Shown one piece after another: positions 37,366 through 46,242 of a stretch of DNA of 64,000 bases. Where the stretch lies: assembly GCA_040902515.1 (NCBI GenBank), contig JBBDXB010000006.1, positions 2,219 through 66,218 on the forward strand, read 5' to 3'. The stretch's first letter is position 1. Each line of letters starts with the position of its first letter. The position numbers were made by a program, and so were the translations under genes. A model generated the notes under the pieces. That model did not search any database. It was not told where the DNA came from and saw only the letters and a program-made list of their open reading frames with translations. This DNA comes from Patescibacteria group bacterium (GTDB lineage Bacteria > Patescibacteriota > SICC01).

Positions 37366-37728
37366 ATGCCACAGGCGATCGATTACGAGCAGCTGAAGTC
37401 CGACATCGAGGCGGCCGTCGAGTTCCAGGTAGACGGAATGGACGCTCCGCTCATCCTCGATGCCAATCACCTTGGGATTGAGGAGGGACGATTCAACCTC
37501 GGGAGCGAAGAGCGTCGCCTGGTAGCACAGGCCGTCTCGGAGCTCTACGGCATCCCGTTCGAGAAGTTCGAGATGGCGGAGGACGAGCCACTCACGGAGC
37601 TCCGGTCGATGACCGGCCAGGACTACTCCGCGTACCGGCTGCTCAACGACTCCTCCGCGGACCCGCCCGTCGTCTACTGCCTCGCCCGTTCCGGCAAGGA
37701 CCCCGACGACCTCGGCGTCACCGACTAG
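37366..37728 (+). CDS. Hypothetical protein
   Basis: I chose the ATG at 37366 preceded by AAAGGA (MPQAIDYEQLKSD...). The track ORF starts earlier at 37303. Acidic, about 120 aa. Confidence 0.45.
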   Translation: MPQAIDYEQLKSDIEAAVEFQVDGMDAPLILDANHLGIEEGRFNLGSEERRLVAQAVSELYGIPFEKFEMAEDEPLTELRSMTGQDYSAYRLLNDSSADPPVVYCLARSGKDPDDLGVTD

Positions 37729-37839
37729 CAGCACGCAGGAAAGAATCGCGGAGACCGCGCCTCGTCACCCGACGAACCAGCCCGGTCTCCGCTTTTCCCT
37801 TTTGACGTGTTCCCGAAAAGCGGGCTATTATTGTTCGTT

Positions 37840-38211
37840 ATGGCAATCGACAGAGAACATGCTGCTGCTGCCGAAGCAGCCCTGTCCGAGCACCGGAGTG
37901 CGATCAGGGAAGCCGAAGGAAAGATCAGGCTGGTGGCCGACTGTGGGCAAAGCGTCGCGATCGATTCCCGAAACGCACTGGGCAAACCACGATCGGACGA
38001 AGAGTGGCGGGTCGTCAGGAGGACGGTAGCCGACAGCCTGGGGATCGATGCCCGGGACATCCGGTCGGCGGAGCAAGCGTTGCTTCCGGTTCCTGGCTGC
38101 AGCATGTCGCTGGGCCGTGACGATCGCATACAACTCACCGTCGAACATTTGCGTTCTCCGGGCGACGACGGATCGACCTACTTCCGGTACGCGCTCGACC
38201 CGGTTTTCTAG
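37840..38211 (+). CDS. Hypothetical protein
   Basis: MAIDREHAAAAEAALSEHRSAIREAEGKIRLVADCGQ... The stop overlaps the convergent htpX stop by 4 nt. Confidence 0.45.
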   Translation: MAIDREHAAAAEAALSEHRSAIREAEGKIRLVADCGQSVAIDSRNALGKPRSDEEWRVVRRTVADSLGIDARDIRSAEQALLPVPGCSMSLGRDDRIQLTVEHLRSPGDDGSTYFRYALDPVF

Positions 38212-39113
38212 GCGCTCATCTCGCGCAGCGCCTGCACTCGCTTGACGATCGGCGGATGGGTGTTGAAAAGCCCGGCGAACCAGGACTGGGCGTCCTTCTT
38301 GTGGTCCTTGAGCGGATTGGCGATGAAGAGGTGGGCCGTCGCCTTGTTGGCCGAACGGAGCGGCTTATGGTCGCGGTCGATCTTCTCGAGCGCCCGGGCC
38401 AACCCTTCCGGGTAGCGGGTCAGGAGCGCACCTGTGGCGTCCGCCATGTATTCCCGCCGCCGCGAGATCGCCAGCTGGATCAGCATCGCGAAGATCGGCG
38501 AGAGCAGCACGAGCACGAACCCGACGATCATCAGGATCAACCGGAGCTGGCCGCCCTCGCGACTCGATCCCCCGCCGAAGAATGCCATCCGCAGGAAGAA
38601 GTCGGCGAGCAGCGTGACGATACCGACCAGTACGACCACGATCATCATCAGCCGGATGTCGTAGTTTCCGACGTGGGCCAGCTCATGGGCGATCACGCCT
38701 TCCAGCTCCTCGTTCTCGAGCTTCTTGACGATGCCGGTGGTCACGGCGACCGAGGCCTTCTCGGGATTCCGCCCCGTGGCAAACGCGTTCGGCGCCGGGT
38801 CGTCGATCACGTAGACCTTCGGCATCGGCAGCCCGGCGGTGATCGCCAGGTTCTCGACCATATTGTAGACGTAGGGATTGTCTTCTTTTTGGATTTGCTT
38901 AGCCCCGGCCGTCGCCAGGGCGACCTTGTCGCCGCCGAAGTACGAGAACAGCGACATCGCGACCGAGATACCGACCGCCAGGACCAGAATCGTTGGGTCG
39001 CCGAAGTAGTACGACGCGAACCAGCCGACCGCCATGATCAAGAGTGCAAAGAATAGAAGGTAGAACAAGGAGCGGGCCTTGTTGCGTGATACCTGCGTGT
39101 AGAGCGTCGCCAT
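38208..39113 (-). CDS. htpX: Zinc metalloprotease HtpX (M48)
   Basis: HEXXH motif HELAHVGNYD, with 4 TM segments. Confidence 0.9.
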   Translation of the reverse strand: MATLYTQVSRNKARSLFYLLFFALLIMAVGWFASYYFGDPTILVLAVGISVAMSLFSYFGGDKVALATAGAKQIQKEDNPYVYNMVENLAITAGLPMPKVYVIDDPAPNAFATGRNPEKASVAVTTGIVKKLENEELEGVIAHELAHVGNYDIRLMMIVVVLVGIVTLLADFFLRMAFFGGGSSREGGQLRLILMIVGFVLVLLSPIFAMLIQLAISRRREYMADATGALLTRYPEGLARALEKIDRDHKPLRSANKATAHLFIANPLKDHKKDAQSWFAGLFNTHPPIVKRVQALREMSA

Positions 39114-39121
39114 GACGGCGC

Positions 39122-39685
39122 CTAGAACTTCACGTCGACCGGCTGCTTGGCCGACGCGGCCTCGCTCTCGTCGAGCTCGAAGAATTCTCGCTGCTTGAAG
39201 CGGAACAGACCGGCCACCACATTGCTCGGAAACTGCTCGATCTTCGTGTTGAGGTCACGGACGTTCGCGTTGTAGAACCGCCGCGCCGCCATGATCTTGT
39301 TTTCGGTATCGGACAGCTCGTCCTGCAGCTTCTGGAAGTTCTCGGTTGCCCGCAGGTCCGGGTAGTTCTCCGCCACCGCGAAGACGCTCTTCAACGCATC
39401 GGTCAACATGTTCTCGGCCTTGGCCTGTTCCTGCACGCCGCCGGCGTTGATCGCCGCGGTCCGTGCCTTGGTCACGTTCTCGAAGAGCTGCTTCTCGTGC
39501 TTGGCATACCCCTTCACCGTATCGACCAGGTTCGGGATCAGGTCGTAGCGGCGCTTGAGCTGCACGTCGATATCCGACCATGCCTCTTCCGACCGGTTCC
39601 GTAGTTGTACCAGGCTGTTATAGATGACGACGAGTGCCAGCACGAGGATGCCGGCGACGATCAGGAGAATCAAGGTAAGATTCAT
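39122..39685 (-). CDS. lemA: LemA family protein
   Basis: N-terminal TM then [32 protein letters not shown], typical LemA. The lemA-htpX pairing is common. Confidence 0.88.
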   Translation of the reverse strand: MNLTLILLIVAGILVLALVVIYNSLVQLRNRSEEAWSDIDVQLKRRYDLIPNLVDTVKGYAKHEKQLFENVTKARTAAINAGGVQEQAKAENMLTDALKSVFAVAENYPDLRATENFQKLQDELSDTENKIMAARRFYNANVRDLNTKIEQFPSNVVAGLFRFKQREFFELDESEAASAKQPVDVKF

Positions 39686-39741
39686 GACCCTTCCAGCCTA
39701 CCGCGAACCGAATGGACGGTACAGGTGCCGGATGACCGACC

Positions 39742-40167
39742 CTACTCTTGCGGGATCGTCAGCGTCTGGCCGACGCGAAGGATCGTCTGGCGGGTGACGT
39801 CTTCGTTCGCCTCGACGATCGCATCGATCGAGGTGCCGGTCTTCTCGGCGATCCTCCCGAGGGTATCACCGGGTTGGACTTCGTATTCCGTGACTCCCTC
39901 CTGAGGCTGGGGTGTCTCGGCCGGCGTTTCCGTCGGCACCGCGGCGGGGGGCGATTGCGGCCCCACGCCCGACGGGAGGACACACCCCCGGAATGTGACC
40001 AGGAGCAACAAGCCGGTCGCCACCAACAGGCTGATGAACCACTGGCGCTCGCTCATTCCCCGCGGACCGCGGACGGTCGGGCCTTCCGGCGTACGGGATG
40101 CACCCTCACGGACCTGCGTACGGGAACGTGGCTTTTCGTCGGACTGTTCGATTCTGACTTTGACCAT
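39742..40167 (-). CDS. LysM domain protein (TM anchor plus C-terminal LysM)
   Basis: YEVQPGDTLGRIAEKTGTSIDAIVEANEDVTRQTILRVGQTLTIP. The start may be the internal MSERQWF. Confidence 0.7.
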   Translation of the reverse strand: MVKVRIEQSDEKPRSRTQVREGASRTPEGPTVRGPRGMSERQWFISLLVATGLLLLVTFRGCVLPSGVGPQSPPAAVPTETPAETPQPQEGVTEYEVQPGDTLGRIAEKTGTSIDAIVEANEDVTRQTILRVGQTLTIPQE

Positions 40168-40883
40168 TAGGGGATGTTGATTACCTGCCCGGGCTGGAAT
40201 TCGATCGGGCGTTTGTTTCCGCCGTTCACCCGGGAGATCTCTTCCGGCGTCTCATCGAAACGCTCGGCGATCGATTCAAGTGTATCACCGGCCTGGACGG
40301 TGTACGCACGTACGCCGTCTTCCGATGGGGCCGTCGGATCCGCGAGACCGGGACTGGCGATCGGGGTTTCTTCGACGAACGCCGAGGGTTCCGGCGACGG
40401 CGCTGCTTGTTCCTCGCTCGCACGTTGATACTCGATACCCACATACCCGCCGATCAGGATCACGGCAAGCGCCGCGAGGGCGGACGGCCACTTGCTGACC
40501 CGCCGCTTCGTCTTCCCGGTAGCCGCCCGGTTCCCCGCTTGTCGCGGAGTCTGCTGCTGTGCCGCGGAGGTCGCACGGGCACGCTGCGCGGCCTCTTGGC
40601 GCGCGCGTTCCTCGGCCTCCCGAGCGGCTTTGGCGCGCGCCGCGGCAGCTGCTTCTTCCTGCCGCATCCGTTCGACCAGGTCGACCTTCAGATCCGACTG
40701 GGGGGACGAAGTATCCTGTTGCAGACTCCGCGCCCAGCCCGGCATGGTAACCCCGCTGCCGGGTTTCTCATGCAAGCCGGCCTCCTCCGAACCCTGATGA
40801 GCGCCCGGGGACGAAGCATCAATCCGTTGCGGAGATTGTTCCGGCTGATCGTCCGGCTGCCCCTGTTGGTGTTCCGGCTCCAT
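40167..40883 (-). CDS. LysM domain protein with coiled-coil/Ala-Arg-rich linker
   Basis: C-terminus YTVQAGDTLESIAERFDETPEEISRVNGGNKRPIEFQPGQVINIP. Its TAA overlaps the next ATG by 1 nt. Confidence 0.7.
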   Translation of the reverse strand: MEPEHQQGQPDDQPEQSPQRIDASSPGAHQGSEEAGLHEKPGSGVTMPGWARSLQQDTSSPQSDLKVDLVERMRQEEAAAAARAKAAREAEERARQEAAQRARATSAAQQQTPRQAGNRAATGKTKRRVSKWPSALAALAVILIGGYVGIEYQRASEEQAAPSPEPSAFVEETPIASPGLADPTAPSEDGVRAYTVQAGDTLESIAERFDETPEEISRVNGGNKRPIEFQPGQVINIP

Positions 40884-40918
40884 GCCGTCAGTCTAGCGGA
40901 ATCAGAGACCGGCTTCCT

Positions 40919-41003
40919 TGGTGCCGGGAGCAGGACTCGAACCTGCACGCCTTGCGGCCGTGGATTTTAAGTCCACTGCGTCTGCCAGTTCCGCCATCCC
41001 GGC
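40919..41003 (-). tRNA. tRNA-Leu (TAA), type II, CCA encoded
   Basis: Hand-folded. Acceptor GCCGGGA/TCCCGGC, anticodon loop CTTAAAA, T-arm GCAGG-TTCGAGT-CCTGC, 3' ACCA. Confidence 0.8.
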
Positions 41004-41026
41004 TGGTTGTTAACCTTTCAGGCTTG

Positions 41027-41097
41027 AGGCGACGGGCGGAATTGAACCGCCGTACGGGGTTTTGCAGACCCCTGCCTAACCACTCGGCCACGTCGCC
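41027..41097 (-). tRNA. tRNA-Cys (GCA), 71 nt
   Basis: Acceptor GGCGACG/CGTCGCC, discriminator U, anticodon stem GGGGT/ACCCC with loop CTGCAAA. Confidence 0.75.
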
Positions 41098-41126
41098 GTA
41101 TGGCCATTGTAGAGGAAGTCGCGTTG

Positions 41127-41200
41127 AGCGGGTGATCGGATTCGAACCGACGACCTTCTCCATGGCAAGGAGACGCTCTAGCCAGCTGAGCTACACCCGC
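41127..41200 (-). tRNA. tRNA-Gly (GCC), 74 nt
   Basis: Acceptor GCGGGTG/CACCCGC, D-arm TAGCTCAGCTGGCTAGAGC, anticodon stem TCTCC/GGAGA with loop TTGCCAT. Confidence 0.75.
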
Positions 41201-41248
41201 AACAGCATAAAGTATAGCAACTGTACGGACGGCTGCTCAATCAGGTTG

Positions 41249-41320
41249 TGCCGGGACCCAGATTCGAACTGGGGACGCCTGGCTCTTCAGGCCAGCGCTC
41301 TACCACTGAGCTATCCCGGC
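41249..41320 (-). tRNA. tRNA-Phe (GAA), 72 nt
   Basis: Acceptor GCCGGGA/TCCCGGC, discriminator A, anticodon stem CTGGC/GCCAG with loop CTGAAGA. Confidence 0.8.
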
Positions 41321-41341
41321 GCGTCGTCTCGGACAGGAACC

Positions 41342-41350
41342 AGTATACCA
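41342..41350 (-). promoter_or_regulatory. Extended -10 element TGGTATACT about 21 nt upstream of the tRNA-Phe 5' end
   Basis: Read on the minus strand directly after the terminator-like T-run. There is no good -35. Confidence 0.3.
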
Positions 41351-41379
41351 ACGAACCGCCGGATCCTCGCCTTTTCACG

Positions 41380-41453
41380 CAAAAAAGAAGGGGCCCGGCG
41401 CTAGTCTCAATCACATGACGGCGATATGTGGAGAGAAGAGCAGCCTGGGCCCC
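41380..41453 (-). terminator. Terminator-like element: GGGGCCC...GGGCCCC stem enclosing about 50 nt, followed by TTCTTTTTTG on the minus strand
   Basis: Seen directly. It would end a transcript running from tRNA-Val through the spacer. Confidence 0.35.
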
Positions 41454-41759
41454 GGGTCACGAGGAGGTTCGGGGGTGAAAGCTCCATCGTGACCGTGTGT
41501 GACGCATATCCCTGTTACCCTGGTCTGTCCAGGCCCTGGTCCATGCAGGTCTACGCGTCACGATCCGTCGTCATGTCTGTATGCTCTTCGCGGTCGTTCC
41601 GGGAGGATGCGAAGAACGCGACAGCGGACGACGGACGTTTGGAAAAACGGGAAGTTGTTAACCCTGCTCACATGAGCGGACGATTAGCATATCCGCTCCG
41701 CCTGATCATCGCAAGGGGCCATATGCCAAAACACGATCACCCGGATGATGTCCGTCGTG
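41454..41759 (-). ncRNA. Candidate structured non-coding RNA in the 440-bp tRNA-array spacer; identity unknown
   Basis: No ORF over 26 codons on either strand. Multiple long-range inverted repeats (GTGACGCGTA...TATGCGTCAC; GGGGCCC/GGGCCCC). It lies between tRNA-Val and a terminator. Confidence 0.25.
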
Positions 41760-41833
41760 TGGGCACTGAGGGACTCGAACCCCCGACCCCCTCGGTGTAA
41801 ACGAGGTGCTCTAGCCAGCTGAGCTAAGTGCCC
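41760..41833 (-). tRNA. tRNA-Val (TAC), 74 nt
   Basis: Acceptor GGGCACT/AGTGCCC, anticodon stem CCTCG/CGAGG with loop TTTACAC. Confidence 0.8.
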
Positions 41834-41857
41834 GATGTGGGATGTTCCGGCCGTATG

Positions 41858-41942
41858 TGCCGAGGAGAGGACTCGAACCTCCACGAGCGCAATGCTCACA
41901 GGCCCCTCAAGCCTGCGCGTCTACCAGTTCCGCCACCTCGGC
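41858..41942 (-). tRNA. tRNA-Leu (GAG), type II, 85 nt
   Basis: Acceptor GCCGAGG/CCTCGGC, anticodon stem CAGGC/GCCTG with loop TTGAGGG, long variable arm. Confidence 0.8.
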
Positions 41943-41976
41943 ATGTTAAGCAACTTCCCCATGATATCGGGAAATG

Positions 41977-42060
41977 TGCCGGAGAGAGGAGTCGAACCTC
42001 CACGGGGTTGCCCCCACACGGCCCTGAACCGTGCGCGTCTGCCAGTTCCGCCACTCCGGC
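41977..42060 (-). tRNA. tRNA-Leu (CAG), type II, 84 nt
   Basis: Acceptor GCCGGAG/CTCCGGC, anticodon stem CACGG/CCGTG with loop TTCAGGG, long variable arm. Confidence 0.8.
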
Positions 42061-42096
42061 GCGTTGCCTGCCGATTCCGGCAGACCCAGCCCTCTG

Positions 42097-42102
42097 ATTA
42101 TA
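42097..42102 (-). promoter_or_regulatory. Perfect -10 hexamer TATAAT (with TG two nt upstream) about 37 nt upstream of tRNA-Leu(CAG)
   Basis: Read on the minus strand. It overlaps the secG stop. A CTGCCG-GAAT-CGGCAG hairpin lies in the leader. The -35 is weak. Confidence 0.3.
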
Positions 42103-42319
42103 CAAATAGAATCGCGAATGCGATGCCCACGAAGGCGACCGCCGCGAAGATCGTCAGGTAGTGCAGGACCTTCTCCGCACCGCGTCGCTGGTAATTCACC
42201 GAGCTGTCAGCACCGCCGAACGTCTGCGAGAGCGCCACGCCGCGGTTCTGGAGCAGGATCAGCGTGATCAGCCACATCGCATCCACCACTAGCGCCACCT
42301 GCAGGATCGTCTTCATCAC
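42098..42319 (-). CDS. secG: Preprotein translocase subunit SecG
   Basis: 73 aa, 2 TM. LITLILLQNRGVALSQTFGGADS matches the SecG core (LLQxGKGxGLxxxFGG). Confidence 0.75.
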   Translation of the reverse strand: MMKTILQVALVVDAMWLITLILLQNRGVALSQTFGGADSSVNYQRRGAEKVLHYLTIFAAVAFVGIAFAILFV

Positions 42320-42708
42320 TGGTTAAGCTCCTTCTTGGCCTTGTCCCAGTGGCTGCGGTCGATGTCCTTGAGCAGCGCATGCAGGATGAAGTTCACTACG
42401 CCGACCACCACCGCAGCGCCGACCGTCTGCCAGAACCCGAAGACCTCGAATCCGGGCACCACGATGCTCGTGAACCAGAGCATCAGCGCGTTCACCACGA
42501 AGATGAACAGGCCGAACGTCAGGACGATCGCCGGCAGGCTGAGGATGGTCACGACCGGCCGGATCAGCACGTTGATGACGCCGAACGCGAAGGCCGCGAA
42601 CAGCAGCGTGAAGAAGCTTTCGCCGTAGCCGACGAGGCCGAGCAGTGCCGCTACGAAGATTCCCAGCAGGTTGGCGGCGAAACCGTACGCGATCCGTGAT
42701 GCGTCCAT
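42316..42708 (-). CDS. DUF360 / phage-holin-4_2 superfamily membrane protein (YvlD-like)
   Basis: VINVLIRPVVTILSLPAIVLTFGLFIFVVNALMLWFTSIVVPGF matches the family core. 4-nt overlap with secG. Confidence 0.65.
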   Translation of the reverse strand: MDASRIAYGFAANLLGIFVAALLGLVGYGESFFTLLFAAFAFGVINVLIRPVVTILSLPAIVLTFGLFIFVVNALMLWFTSIVVPGFEVFGFWQTVGAAVVVGVVNFILHALLKDIDRSHWDKAKKELNQ

Positions 42709-42757
42709 GCGCCTTACAGCGTACCGTCAGGTGCTTTCCGGCACAACCGAACGGATT

Positions 42758-44602
42758 CTAGAGGTTTTCTTTCACCGCCCGGCCGGCCGCCTTGCCGACG
42801 ACCGCCTGGACCGCCGGGAGAGGCGCTTCCCGTACGCCCTTCACCGAGCCGAACGCCCGGATCAACTGCCGTTTCTTGGCCGGGCCGATGCCTGGCACGG
42901 TATCCAACACGGAGCCGGACACCGTCTTCCGGTGTGCACTGCGGCCATAGGCGATCGCGAAACGGTGTGCTTCGTCCCGAAGCTGCTGGAGCAAGAGCGA
43001 GCCCGGGGCATCTTTCGGCAGCGTGGCGAGCGCCGATCGCCCGCCGTCCCAGCGGTAGGTTTCCTCGAACCGCTTGGCCAGCCCGATCAACGGCAGGTCG
43101 GAAAGGCCGAGTTCGGCGAGGATGCCGGCGGCGGCGGATACCTGTCCTTTCCCACCGTCTATCACCACCAGGTCGGGCAGCGTCCCGAAGGAGGCATCAT
43201 CGGACTCCTGACCGACCGCGGCCACGCGCTTGAACCGGCGCCGGAGCACCTCCCGGAGCGACGCGAAGTCATCCACGCCTTGTACACCGGCGACCTTGAA
43301 CCGCCGGTAGTGTGCCGGGGCCGGTGCGCCGTCACGGAAGACCACCATCGAGCCGACGGTCGCCGTCCCGCCGAGCGTCGAGATGTCATAACACTCGATC
43401 CGGGCCGGTGGCGTATCGAGACCGAGCGCAGTCGACAATCCCGCCAATCCCTGCTCGCGCCGGGCCGCCTCCGCGTTCCAGCGGGACGTGATCCGAGTCA
43501 GTTCCTCCCGGGCGTTCTCCTCCGCCAATTCCAGGAGCTTCCGGCGGTGGCCGCGCCGCGGCACCGTGACCGGCACCTTCCGGCCGCGCCGCTCCGAGAG
43601 ATATCCGGCGACCGCCGCGGCACCGGCGACCTCGAGCGGGACCAATACTTCGTCGGGCAGACTCGTGGCCGCCTTGTAGTACTGTCCCAGGAACCCGTCG
43701 AGCAGTTCCGCATCCGCGCTTCCCCGGGCGCCCTGCAATCCGAAGTCTTTCCGCGCCACGATCCGCCCCTGCCGGACGGTCAGGAGCAACGCCACGGCGT
43801 GCGCATCCTCGCGGGCCAGTCCGATCACGTCACGGTCGGCAAGCTTGGGGTCCACCGCCTGCTGCCGTGCGAGCAACGACTCCAGGCTTTCCAGCCGGTC
43901 ACGAATCCGGGCGGCTTGTTCGAATGCTTGTCGCCGGGCGGCGGCCCGCATATCCGTACGCAACCGCGACTGGACCGTGTCGGTCTTTCCATCCAGTGCA
44001 CGGATCAGTCCTTCGATGTTCCGCCGATAGTCTTCCTCGGAGATCTTCCCGTACTGCGGCGACGGACAGAGCCCCAGGTGATAGTAGAGGCACGGCCGCG
44101 ACCGGGACGGGTCGTCGCAGGGATCGTTCGGCAGGCAGTACGGAAAGACCTTCCGGAGCGTGCGGAGCGTCCGGCGCACCGCGTGGCCGTCGGTGTAGGG
44201 ACCGAAGTACCTCGCCCGTTTGTCGGTGACCCGCCGGGCCGTAGTCACCCGCGGATACCGTTCACCGAGCGTCACCTTGATGAACAGGTAGTGTTTGTCA
44301 TCCCGCAACCGCACGTTGTACGGCGGCCGGTATTGCTTGATGAAGTTCGATTCCAGCAGCAACGCCTCGACCTCGTTGGAGGTCACGACGGTGTCGATGG
44401 AAGCGACCTTGGGTACGAGCACCCGGAGCTTGGAATCGGCCGCGGAGCGTTTCTGGAAGTAGCTGCGTACGCGGCTGCGGAGCCGCTTGGCCTTCCCCAC
44501 GTACAGCATCTTCCCGGCCTCGTCTTTGAACAGGTAGACGCCGGGCTTGGCGGGCAGCTCCGCGAGCTGATGCCGGACGCGGTGGTGCGGTACGTGGTCC
44601 AT
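42758..44602 (-). CDS. uvrC: Excinuclease ABC subunit C
   Basis: GIY-YIG (GVYLFKDEAGKMLYVGKAKRLRSRVRSYF), UvrBC-interaction, RNase-H-like and HhH domains. I chose the start at MDHVPHH (44600-44602). Confidence 0.9.
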   Translation of the reverse strand: MDHVPHHRVRHQLAELPAKPGVYLFKDEAGKMLYVGKAKRLRSRVRSYFQKRSAADSKLRVLVPKVASIDTVVTSNEVEALLLESNFIKQYRPPYNVRLRDDKHYLFIKVTLGERYPRVTTARRVTDKRARYFGPYTDGHAVRRTLRTLRKVFPYCLPNDPCDDPSRSRPCLYYHLGLCPSPQYGKISEEDYRRNIEGLIRALDGKTDTVQSRLRTDMRAAARRQAFEQAARIRDRLESLESLLARQQAVDPKLADRDVIGLAREDAHAVALLLTVRQGRIVARKDFGLQGARGSADAELLDGFLGQYYKAATSLPDEVLVPLEVAGAAAVAGYLSERRGRKVPVTVPRRGHRRKLLELAEENAREELTRITSRWNAEAARREQGLAGLSTALGLDTPPARIECYDISTLGGTATVGSMVVFRDGAPAPAHYRRFKVAGVQGVDDFASLREVLRRRFKRVAAVGQESDDASFGTLPDLVVIDGGKGQVSAAAGILAELGLSDLPLIGLAKRFEETYRWDGGRSALATLPKDAPGSLLLQQLRDEAHRFAIAYGRSAHRKTVSGSVLDTVPGIGPAKKRQLIRAFGSVKGVREAPLPAVQAVVGKAAGRAVKENL

Positions 44603-44767
44603 CACCGCAATTGTACTGGCTGTCGGCGGAATTGTGCGTCGGCCGCATGCCGATGCACACCAGGCCGGAACACTCAAGGTTCAGGTAAGAAAAAAGGGCT
44701 GCGTCGTGTGATGTTGATCGAATGATCAGACAAAACACGGCCGCAGCCCCGATATCACCCCTTTTCG

Positions 44768-46057
44768 TTACGAGCCGTTATCGGCGTCGTCGTTTTCTTG
44801 TTGTTTCCGAGCCTCCTGCCTGGTGATCTCCTCCTTGACGAGCTCAGGCGTCACCAACAGCTCTTCCATGATCTTGTCGTTGTCGGTGATGCTCTTGAGC
44901 CGCTTCAACGGGATCACGCCGGTTTTACGGGCAATACCCGTGGAGACGGCAGTGGCGATGAACTGCCGCTGCAGAATCCACACCAACTCCGAGATTCCGG
45001 CGCCCGTCTCGTCGACCTCCTTTTGGGAGACCTCCATGTCGTCGAACGCCTTCTTGAGGATCCTGTCCTTGTTGAGATCAAACAGGCGACCTTGTTTGAT
45101 CTGCGGCCATAACTCCTCGACGACCAGCTCGCGGGCAGCCGGTGTCAGCTTCTGCCACGCCTCCATGAACTCATCGTCATCACGGAGATGCTCGAGGAAC
45201 GCACTCTCCTGCTCGGAAGCAGGCTGGTAGCCCTCCTCGGGCTGCTGTCCCTCATCGTCATCATCGCTTGGAATCCGCTGGGCAGATCGGGAAAACGCGA
45301 ACACGGCGGCGAGCAAAAGCAACGCGATGCCGTATCCGGCCTGGTCGAACCTGCCATCCTTCCAGATGGTCAGACCGATACCGGACCGCCCCTCGATGTC
45401 TCCGAAGAGCAGCCAGGACGCCAGATAGGTCCCGATGATGATCGCAGAGACCGTCATGCCCGGGAGGAACCCGAACAGCCACACCAGCAGCACGGCCAGT
45501 ATGCCAAGGATCGCCAACGCAGCCGCGGCCGCCTCCGCCACCGTCCCGATGAACTCGAGACCAAGGAAGAGGTTGGCCAACATGGCCGCCCCAAGGAACA
45601 CCAGGGTGCCGATCAGCGAAACCGTGTCTCGCTTAGCCAGATACATCAGGCCGAACAGGATCGTCAGCAGCGCCAAGCCTCCGACGACAAAACCGCGCTC
45701 CATGTCACCGGTCACGCCACCTTCGGCGATACCCGAGAACCACCCGAGGATTCCGAAGATTCCCAGGACGGCTAGCGGCACGGCGGCGGCACGGATCCGG
45801 TTCCTGCTAAGGAGGAAGAATGCCGCAAGGCCTCCACCCAACTGCACCACCAGCAACAAGTGGCCGCCGAGAATCAGCACGAGGGCCACGATCGCGATCA
45901 GTGCAGCGGCCAACATCCGGCCGATCAGGCCGAGGCCGTCGATCAGCTCGGTGGTCCGCTCGAACCGATCCTTCGGTACGCTACGACTGACCACCTGGTA
46001 CAGCTGCCGCGCACGCTCCCGACGCTTCTGCTGCTCCTGAGTGGGATCCCCGTTCAT
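44768..46057 (-). CDS. Hypothetical polytopic membrane protein with acidic cytoplasmic C-terminal domain
   Basis: I chose the ATG at 46055-46057 preceded by AAAGGGGGTGG. About 8 TM segments, then D/E-rich linker and an alpha-helical C-terminal domain. Confidence 0.55.
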   Translation of the reverse strand: MNGDPTQEQQKRRERARQLYQVVSRSVPKDRFERTTELIDGLGLIGRMLAAALIAIVALVLILGGHLLLVVQLGGGLAAFFLLSRNRIRAAAVPLAVLGIFGILGWFSGIAEGGVTGDMERGFVVGGLALLTILFGLMYLAKRDTVSLIGTLVFLGAAMLANLFLGLEFIGTVAEAAAAALAILGILAVLLVWLFGFLPGMTVSAIIIGTYLASWLLFGDIEGRSGIGLTIWKDGRFDQAGYGIALLLLAAVFAFSRSAQRIPSDDDDEGQQPEEGYQPASEQESAFLEHLRDDDEFMEAWQKLTPAARELVVEELWPQIKQGRLFDLNKDRILKKAFDDMEVSQKEVDETGAGISELVWILQRQFIATAVSTGIARKTGVIPLKRLKSITDNDKIMEELLVTPELVKEEITRQEARKQQENDDADNGS

Positions 46058-46173
46058 GGGACCACCCCCTTTCCGAATCGAATTGTTCAGGTTCTTTTTG
46101 ACGTCCGTTTCCCTCAAGCGAGGCACTCGCCTCAGGGAAACGGTCGGCCGTCTGCATACGCAGAAAGCGCTTA

Positions 46174-46214
46174 ACCATAATATTTTTACTCCTTCCTGTC
46201 AAGTCAGGAAGGAG
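46174..46214 (-). promoter_or_regulatory. Promoter-like TTGACA, 17 nt, TATGGT overlapping a perfect 10-bp-stem hairpin (CTCCTTCCTG-tcaagt-CAGGAAGGAG)
   Basis: Both read directly. The hairpin lies 29 nt after the uvrA stop. The promoter would serve the membrane-protein gene about 110 nt downstream. Confidence 0.35.
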
Positions 46215-46242
46215 TCATCGTAGCAAGCGGGGACAGGCGCGG

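Noticed and set aside
41321-41759. Spacer as tmRNA, RNase P RNA or SRP RNA
   Set aside because: I searched by eye for the P4 motifs (GGAAAGTCCGGGC, ACAGAA), SRP domain IV (GGAAGGAAGCAGC) and the tmRNA 5'/3' tRNA-like ends on both strands. None were present. I left it as an unidentified ncRNA candidate.
41426-41800. 124-aa plus-strand ORF and 71-aa minus ORF (41684-41899) in the tRNA spacer
   Set aside because: Both run through tRNA genes and have no SD or plausible start context.
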